DNA of 47,635 nt from an uncultured Bacteroidales bacterium (GTDB lineage Bacteria > Bacteroidota > Bacteroidia > Bacteroidales > SZUA-534), in NCBI GenBank assembly GCA_964544385.1, contig CAZJCR010000004.1, forward strand, positions 363-47,997, read 5' to 3'. The stretch's first letter is position 1, and every line of letters begins with the position of its first letter. Below, one piece after another: positions 37,462-45,200 of this stretch. Position numbers and translations under genes: made by a program. Under the pieces are notes generated by a model. It had not been told where the DNA came from and ran no database searches. It was given only the letters and a program-made list of their open reading frames with translations.

Positions 37462-39873
37462 TTAAAACTCGCGGTACATTGGTATTGTAAAGCTAAAAGT
37501 TGTACCAACGCCAACAGTGCTGTTACACCAAATGCTGCCGCCAAGTTTTTTTACCAGCTCGTAACTAAGTATAAGGCCTAAGCCCGAACCTTTTTCGCTG
37601 TTAGTACCGGTGGTAGTAAAGTTTTCTTCAATTTTAAACAGCTTATTCAGGTGTTGCTCAGGTATACCTACCCCATTATCGGCAACCGAAACCTCAACCA
37701 TATCGCTTTTAAGTGTCGAACTAATTTCGATAACACCATTAACATTTGTGTACTTAAGGGCATTCGACACTAAGTTGCGCAACACGGTAAACAACATATT
37801 TTTATCGACATAAACCATGTGGTTTGCATTAACGCTATTAATTAAAATTATTTGTTTAGTGTCGGCAGCAATTTTAACAAGGCCAAGTGCATCGTCAATA
37901 ATATCGTAAAGTTTAAAAAGTTCGGGTTTGTATTCAATACGCCCGGTTTGCGCCCTGGCCCATTCTAAAAGGTTTTCGAGCAGTTTAAACACTTTTGTTG
38001 CCGATTCGTTGGCATGTTTAAGGTAATACTCGGTTTTTTTAGTATCGAGTTCTTTAAAGTTTTTGTAAAGCAAATCGGTTATACCAACTAAGCCGGTAAA
38101 TGGGCTGCGAAGGTCGTGCGCTATAATCGAAAAAAATTTGTCTTTTTTTGCATTAAGTTCGTGAAGTTCGCTGGCTGTTTTTTCAAGTGTCTCCTGGTTA
38201 CGTTTTAGCTGTGTAATATCCTCTTTTATAGCAATAAAATTTGTAATTTTTCGCATATTGTTTAGTACCGGGGCAATGCGTACAGTTTCGTAATAAATAT
38301 CGCCATTTTTTTTTCGGTTAATAAGCTCACCATTCCAAACACTTCCTTTACTAATTGTTTGCCACAAATCGGTAAATATTCGTGGTTCGGTTAAGCCCGA
38401 CTGCAAAATACGCGGGTTTTGGCCAATAATTTCGGTTGGGCTATAGCCAGTAAACTCTGAAAAAAAAGGGTTCACGTATTCAATATTTCCCTGCTGGTCG
38501 GTAATTAAAATACTGCTGGGGCTGTTCATAATAATTGTCGAGAATTTTTGCAGCTCGAGCTCACTTTTGCGACGCTCGGTAACATCGAACGCGCTGACCA
38601 TAACGGCTGTTTGTCCCTCGTATTTTATCAGCGATGTTGAAAGTTCCATGTATTTATCGTTTCCCCATTTGTCAACCAAATGGGCAACATACCCGGTTTG
38701 AACCGGTTTGCCCAAAAGCCTGTCGACCAACATTTGGCGACGTTGTTCGCGTTCGTCGGGGTGTATTATTAAAAGTGGGTCAAGTTGTAATGCCTCGTCA
38801 AATGAATATCCGCTTTGCTCTATCCAGGCCTTATTAACCATTAAGTAACCTTTTTTATTAAATATTGATATTGACAGGTTCGAGCTTTCGAACATACTCC
38901 TGAATTTTTCTTCGCTGTCAATTAGCTGTTGCTTAACCTCGCGTTCGCTGGTAATGTCGTTTAAAATGCCATCGATAATAATATCGTTGCCGTTTTGCGA
39001 CGATACCCTGCCTTTTTCGGAAACCCATTTTTGCTGATTTGTGCTTGTAGTAATAAGGTATTCAACAGCAAATTCTGATTTTGTTTTTATTGCCGTTTTA
39101 ATTGCATTTGCAACTAAAGTTTTATATTCGTTAACAATTATATTAGCATAAACACGCTGGTTATTAATAAAATCGACAGCTTTATATCCCGAAAGGGTTT
39201 CAATTTCGTCGCCAATAAATTCAACTTTTAGCTTACCATTTAAAACGCACCTGTAAGGCACTCCGGGTATGTTTTTAATAAGGTTTTTAAAGCGTGTTTC
39301 GTTAATTTTTAAGTCGTTGGTAAGTTTATGTTTATTGCAAATAATTGCTGCCAGCGATATAAACGACTCGATTATATTAAGGTCGGTTTTTGGCGATTGC
39401 TTAAACAATACAAGGTGTATGCCTGCTAATAGCTGTCCCTCGTTAACCATACCACCCGAGTAAATTTGTTTTATGCCCAACAGTTTTGCAGCTAAGTCAA
39501 TATTGCTGTTTGTAATTTTGTTTTTACCTAATTCAATAACTTTATATTGTAAATTAAAAAGGCGGCCTGCCAAAAACCTATTAAACCTGTGTTCGCTAAT
39601 TTTATATTTACTTTCAAAAGGATTAAAGCCAAGTATTTTAACAGCACGCGCTAAATCGGCATTGCCCAAACCTACAACTTTAATAATATCAACATCGTAA
39701 TTTTTAATGTTTATTTTTGTAACAATAACTATACTTTTGCCAACACGTTTGTGTATCGATTCGGTTATAAAGCTATAAAGTTGGTCGGGGGTTTTTAAGG
39801 CCATCATTTTTACTGCCGACTCGTTGAGCCAACGTAACCCTTTTTCGGTTGTGTTTTTTCGATTAAATATCAT
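37462..39873 (-). CDS. Multi-PAS sensor histidine kinase
   Basis: Several PAS/PAC-like segments. H-box IAHDLRSPFTGL, N-box LVSNALKYT, G-boxes DNGVGIP and GSGLGLILS. 803 aa. Confidence 0.85.
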   Translation of the reverse strand: MIFNRKNTTEKGLRWLNESAVKMMALKTPDQLYSFITESIHKRVGKSIVIVTKINIKNYDVDIIKVVGLGNADLARAVKILGFNPFESKYKISEHRFNRFLAGRLFNLQYKVIELGKNKITNSNIDLAAKLLGIKQIYSGGMVNEGQLLAGIHLVLFKQSPKTDLNIIESFISLAAIICNKHKLTNDLKINETRFKNLIKNIPGVPYRCVLNGKLKVEFIGDEIETLSGYKAVDFINNQRVYANIIVNEYKTLVANAIKTAIKTKSEFAVEYLITTSTNQQKWVSEKGRVSSQNGNDIIIDGILNDITSEREVKQQLIDSEEKFRSMFESSNLSISIFNKKGYLMVNKAWIEQSGYSFDEALQLDPLLIIHPDEREQRRQMLVDRLLGKPVQTGYVAHLVDKWGNDKYMELSTSLIKYEGQTAVMVSAFDVTERRKSELELQKFSTIIMNSPSSILITDQQGNIEYVNPFFSEFTGYSPTEIIGQNPRILQSGLTEPRIFTDLWQTISKGSVWNGELINRKKNGDIYYETVRIAPVLNNMRKITNFIAIKEDITQLKRNQETLEKTASELHELNAKKDKFFSIIAHDLRSPFTGLVGITDLLYKNFKELDTKKTEYYLKHANESATKVFKLLENLLEWARAQTGRIEYKPELFKLYDIIDDALGLVKIAADTKQIILINSVNANHMVYVDKNMLFTVLRNLVSNALKYTNVNGVIEISSTLKSDMVEVSVADNGVGIPEQHLNKLFKIEENFTTTGTNSEKGSGLGLILSYELVKKLGGSIWCNSTVGVGTTFSFTIPMYREF

Positions 39874-39981
39874 TAATTCAGTAAAAATGTTTAATTAAAG
39901 ATATGCTTTTTATTTATAAATAAATTACCTGCATTTTAAAAAAGCAGGCAAGTTAATGTTTACTAATTTAGCTTAGTAAAA

Positions 39982-40011
39982 CCAAAATTGAGCGTTTAGC
40001 TCAACTTAGAT
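39982..40011 (+). repeat. MITE-related minimal element (copy I: left terminus + right terminus only)
   Basis: CCAAAATTGAGCG-TTTA-GCTCAACTTAGAT forms a hairpin. Possible TAAAA duplication on both sides. Lies in the divergent kinase/uvrC promoter region. Confidence 0.6.
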
Positions 40012-40054
40012 TAAAATTAAACAATTTTTTTAACCTTTAGTTTAACCATTAAAA

Positions 40055-41863
40055 ATGGACAATACTGTTAACAATAATATTAAAGAGTTAGTACAGGCTT
40101 TGCCCGAAAAGCCCGGGGTTTATCAGTATTACGATGCTACGGGCACAATTATTTATGTTGGCAAAGCCAAGAACCTAAAAAAAAGGGTGTCGTCGTACTT
40201 TACTAAAAACCACGACAATGCGAAAACCCGTATTTTAGTACGTAAAATTGCCGACATAAAACATATTGTTGTTGATACCGAACAAGACGCGTTGCTTTTA
40301 GAAAACAACATGATAAAAAAGTATCAGCCGCGGTATAACGCCATGCTTAAAGACGACAAAACCTACCCGTGGATTTGCATAAAAAACGAACCTTTTGCAA
40401 GGTTAATAACCACCCGTAATTTCGTGCGCGACGGCTCAACTTATTTTGGCCCATACGCGTCGGGGCGTACACTTTACGTGATGCTCGATTTTATTCGCAA
40501 TTTGTATCCTTTACGCACATGCAACCTTAATTTAAATAAAACCGAGATAGAAAAAAACCGTTACAAAACTTGTTTAGAGTACCACATTGGAAACTGTTTA
40601 GGGCCTTGCACAGGCTTGCAAACCGAGCATGATTACGACCAGAATATTGCAAACATTAAAGACATTTTAAAAGGAAATATACAATCGGTTATTAAAGCAT
40701 TAAAAGAGCGTATGGCTCAACTTAGCACCGAATACAAATTTGAAGAGGCACAAAAACTAAAAGAAAAACTTCACCATTTAGAGAATTATCAAAGTAAATC
40801 GACAATAGTTAGCCCAACAATTAACAATGTCGATGTTTTTTCGTTTGTCGACGATAATAACTCGGCATTTATAAACTACCTAAAAGTTGTAAACGGTGCA
40901 ATTGTACAGGTACATACCGTTGAATATAAAAAACGTACCGACGAAGAACGCGAATCGTTGTTACTTACTGCAATAACCGAAATAAGGCAAAGGTTGGGCA
41001 GTTTGTCGCGCGAAATTATTGTACCTTTTGGGCTCGACTTTGACATTGGAAACGCTACATTTACCACACCAGTACGCGGCGACAAAAAAAAGCTGCTCGA
41101 CCTTAGTACACGTAATGCTTTTTACTTTAAAAACGAAAAGCTAAAACAACAAATTAACCGTACACCGCAACAACGCGCAACCCGGATAATGGAAACAATG
41201 AAAACCGACCTTAGGCTTAAACATAACCCGGTACATATCGAAGGTTTCGATAACTCGAACATACAGGGTACTAACCCGGTTGCATCGTGCGTGGTTTTTA
41301 AAAACGGTAAACCAAGCAAACGCGACTATCGCCATTTTAACATTAAAACTGTTGATGGTCCTAACGATTTTGCCAGTATGGAAGAGATTATTACCCGACG
41401 ATATTCGCGCATGATTGACGAAAACAACTCCCTGCCACAGTTAATTGTTATCGACGGTGGTAAAGGGCAATTAGGCGCTGCTGTTAAAAGCCTCGAGAAA
41501 CTAAACCTTATTGGCAAAATTGCAATTATTGGAATCGCCAAAAGGCTCGAAGAAATTTATTTCCCGGGCGATTCGGTACCTATTTATTTAGACAAAAACA
41601 GCGAAACCCTGAAAATAATACAACACATACGCAACGAGTCGCACAGGTTTGGTATAACCTTTCATCGACTAAAACGCTCGAAAAATTTTATAACCAGCCA
41701 GCTTGACCAAATAAAAGGTCTGGGGCCAAAAACTATCGAAAAACTTTTAGCCAGTTTAAAATCGGTTGATGGAGTAAAACAAGCAAACCAGCAAACCCTT
41801 GAAAATATAATTGGAAAAGCAAAAGCCAATATTGTTATTGAGTTTTTTAACAAACACAATTAA
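40055..41863 (+). CDS. uvrC: Excinuclease ABC subunit C
   Basis: GIY-YIG N-terminus (GVYQYYDATGTIIYVGKAKNLKKRV), a UVR motif, a C-terminal RNase H-like endonuclease region (IVIDGGKGQL) and HhH. Confidence 0.93.
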   Translation: MDNTVNNNIKELVQALPEKPGVYQYYDATGTIIYVGKAKNLKKRVSSYFTKNHDNAKTRILVRKIADIKHIVVDTEQDALLLENNMIKKYQPRYNAMLKDDKTYPWICIKNEPFARLITTRNFVRDGSTYFGPYASGRTLYVMLDFIRNLYPLRTCNLNLNKTEIEKNRYKTCLEYHIGNCLGPCTGLQTEHDYDQNIANIKDILKGNIQSVIKALKERMAQLSTEYKFEEAQKLKEKLHHLENYQSKSTIVSPTINNVDVFSFVDDNNSAFINYLKVVNGAIVQVHTVEYKKRTDEERESLLLTAITEIRQRLGSLSREIIVPFGLDFDIGNATFTTPVRGDKKKLLDLSTRNAFYFKNEKLKQQINRTPQQRATRIMETMKTDLRLKHNPVHIEGFDNSNIQGTNPVASCVVFKNGKPSKRDYRHFNIKTVDGPNDFASMEEIITRRYSRMIDENNSLPQLIVIDGGKGQLGAAVKSLEKLNLIGKIAIIGIAKRLEEIYFPGDSVPIYLDKNSETLKIIQHIRNESHRFGITFHRLKRSKNFITSQLDQIKGLGPKTIEKLLASLKSVDGVKQANQQTLENIIGKAKANIVIEFFNKHN

Positions 41864-41951
41864 TGTTTTACATATAACCTAAAATCAGCAACCATATTTT
41901 TCTAACCACAGAGAGCACTGAGAAAAACATCAATGTTTTAAATGAGTCAAA

Positions 41952-42092
41952 CCCAAATAGAGCGAATCGCTCAATCGATTTATATTTTGTAAGTATTTCA
42001 CTGCACTTCGTTGGTGAAATACAACAAACTCTACATCGGGATTATACCTAAGTAAAGCGTTTGTTCGCATAGCTCCAACCGCTCAACTTAGG
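41952..42092 (+). mobile_element. MITE-like repeat, copy J (full length, 141 bp)
   Basis: CCCAAATAGAGCG ... CGCTCAACTTAGG. Perfect 5-bp duplication, TCAAA at 41947-41951 and 42093-42097. Three stem-loops: TAGAGCGAATCGCTCAA (one stem mismatch; TTGAGCG in other copies), GTATTTCAC-N12-GTGAAATAC, ACCTAAGTAAAGCG-N20-CGCTCAACTTAGGT. Confidence 0.85.
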
Positions 42093-42201
42093 TCAAACTT
42101 TGCGGTTCTCTTTTTACCTTGCGGTTTGTAGTATTTTATTTGCAGATTTTAGGTATAAAACAATATTGAACCTATATTATTTTATATATATTGTTTGATA
42201 T

Positions 42202-42241
42202 AAAAAAAGCGGCCGGCAAATAAATTGCCGGCCGCTTTTTT
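42202..42241. terminator. Bidirectional rho-independent terminator
   Basis: A7-GCGGCCGGCAA-ATAAA-TTGCCGGCCGC-T6. GC-rich 11-bp stem between convergent uvrC and the giant T9SS gene. Confidence 0.85.
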
Positions 42242-42254
42242 ATGAAATAAGAAC

Positions 42255-45200
42255 CTATTCGATTATTATTTTTTGCCAAACATTACTGTTAACAACTTTA
42301 AGTACATAAATACCTTGTGGCAATTTCGACAGGTCAATTTTGTCGTTGTTGTTAATATTAACAACATTTTGAAGTTTACCACTAATGTTAATAATTGCAA
42401 TATCGGCATTGGTTATACCCGAAGGTAGTTTTACTGTAATTACACCTTGTGTCGGGTTTGGATAAACCGATAGTAATTGTGCCCCGGTTTCGTATATTCC
42501 AACTTTATTAAGCGTAACATTAACAACACTTGTGGTTGCAATATCAACAGTACCGGTAACAACTATGTAGCCTTGTTTGGTAACAGTATAAGCAAACTCA
42601 CCTGTTTCAACATTTAAAATAAATTCGGCTTTACCGTTGCTATCGGTAGCTTTAGTCTGGCTGTTAAACTCAATTTCGGCACCAGTTATTGGTTCGCTAT
42701 CGGTAACATTAAATGTAATTGTTTTTACCTTAACAGTAAAATTAACCGTGTAAGTTAACACAGTAAAACCGTCTTGAGCTTTAACATTAACATAAGCTGC
42801 ACCAGGCAACTCGCTTGCTTGTGTAACAATAACCAGAGCCCCGGTATGTTTAGCTGTTGCGCTAACTACAGGTATTTTGGTAGTACCAATCGGTAACTCA
42901 ACATTATACTCAAAAATAGTATCGTTAAAACCTTGTAACAAACTATTATCGACCATAAGCGATGCTAATAAAGCGTTTGTTGATGCAGGTTCGATATTAA
43001 AGTTTACCGTGTAAACTGAGTAAGTTGCTCCGTCGGGGGCAATAACTTTAACTTTTGCAACGCCCGGTAACTGCCCGGCCTGTGTAATTTCAACAGTTGA
43101 GTTTGTGTCTTGAACCTCAACGGTAACTACCGGTATTTTTGTTGTTGCAAACGGGAGTGTAATTGTATACTCAAACACAGTGTCGGTAAAACCTTCAATT
43201 TCAACACTGTCGGTAAATAATTTGCTAAGTAGCGAGTTGTTCGATAAAGTTGAATCGACAAAATGTACTACATAAACATTTTTGTAAGCAGTATCGGCAG
43301 CAGCCACATTTATAGTTGCTTTACCAGGTAATTCAACAGCCTGTTCAACAGTAACAGTGGCTTGGTTCGACGATGCAATTGCATTAACAACCGGCAACGC
43401 GCTATTAATATCAACACCAATAACATATTCAAAAACCGAAGGGTTGAAACCCGATATAGTGTCGTTATTAACTGTAATAACAGCAAGAGTTGCATCGGTA
43501 TTTTTTGCAACAAGCATTGTAACAGTATAAAACAATTCGGTAACATTATCATCGGCCACAACCTTAACAGTTGCAACACCTGGCAATTCGGTTGCCTGAT
43601 AAATTGTAACCTTGGCTCTGTTATTATTAGCTGTTGCTTTAACTTGCGGTATAAATGTAGTACCGTAAGGCAATACTATTGAATAATCGAGCGAGTCGGG
43701 TTTAAAACCTTGTATAGGCTCGTCATCAACAGTAAGGGCAACCAAAGTTGCATCGCTGCTAATCGAGTCGGAAACAAAATGTACCTCGTAAGTTTTAGTT
43801 ATTGTTGTATCGGCGGCGGTTACTTTAATTAAAGTAGTTCCGGGTAAACCTGTAGCAGGTGTAATTAACACAATTGCATTGCTATCGGTGGTTGTAGCTG
43901 TAACAGTTGGAACAACAGTAAGCGAGTCGGCATGTTTGTATACATAAGCTGTAGTTTGTGGGTCAAACCCTTCAACCATAACACTATCGACCATTATTGC
44001 CGATAATGTTGCATCGGTATTTGGTAAAACTGTAAAATTAACTTTATATGTTAACGATGTTTGGTTGTCGGCAGCCGTTACGGTAATTGTTGCAAAGCCT
44101 GTTAACTGGGCAGTTTGTACAATTTCAACTGTTGCATTAGTATCGGCAGCAACTGCTGTAACTACCGGCAGGTCAATTGTTCCAAAAGGCAGGCCATAGT
44201 TATAAACAAGGCTGTCGGCAACAAAATTATCGATATTTGTACCATTTACTAAAATTGCAGCAAGCTTAGCATCAGTGTTTGGAGCAACAGTAAAGTTAAC
44301 GTTGTAAACTAACCTGTTCACGCCATTTTCGGCAAATACAGTAATAATAGCAGTGCCTGGTAATGATTCGGCCTGGTCAATTTCAATTTCGGCATTTGCG
44401 TTATTGGCAAGTGCTGTAACAACTGGTATGTTGGTAGTGCCATAAGGTACAACTATGCTATATTCGAGCACGTCGGCATTAAAGTTTTCAACAGGGCTTT
44501 CGCCGATATAAATATTTGCTAAAGTAGCATCGTCCGATAAGCCCGGGTTAAAGTCGGCAAGGTTGCGCGCTGTAATTTGCATTTGGTCGTTATACCTTCC
44601 AACTAAACCAACTAATGTAATCGCGTTTTCGGGAACAGCGGTATTAATATAATCGGTTTCGGCAAAAGCTGTGCGGAAAGCAAAAGCTGTACTTTCAACA
44701 CCATCGACAGTATAATTTTTACCTGTTACAAAAAGACCTTCGGTACTGTGTTGGTTAACATCGGCAAACTTAAAGTTTTCAATTTTTACAAGTTTGCATT
44801 GGTCGGCATTTGTAATACTTTCGACAGTACGCGTTTCGGGCAATATAGCAGGACCCTGGGTTTTTTGTCCAGTTACCTCAGTTGGAACAAACTCAACTAA
44901 ACCGTTGTAAACAGTAATTTTACCAACAATGTTTGTAATACCGTCGCCAACAACAAATGTTGTGTCGGTAATAAAGCCGGGGGCTGTTGTGTTATCGTCA
45001 ATTAAAACAGCGGCAGTAGTATCTTGAATATACTTTTGGTTACGTGCCTGGCGCATATATGTTATTGTAGCCTCGCCGGTATATTTTACTATATCGTTGG
45101 CAGGTAAACTTAGCAATTGGCTAAGGTTAGTGGCAACCATTCGTATTTCAAAAGCTTCAGTTTCGGCAAAAATGCTTGTATTTAAACTATCGGTAACCTT

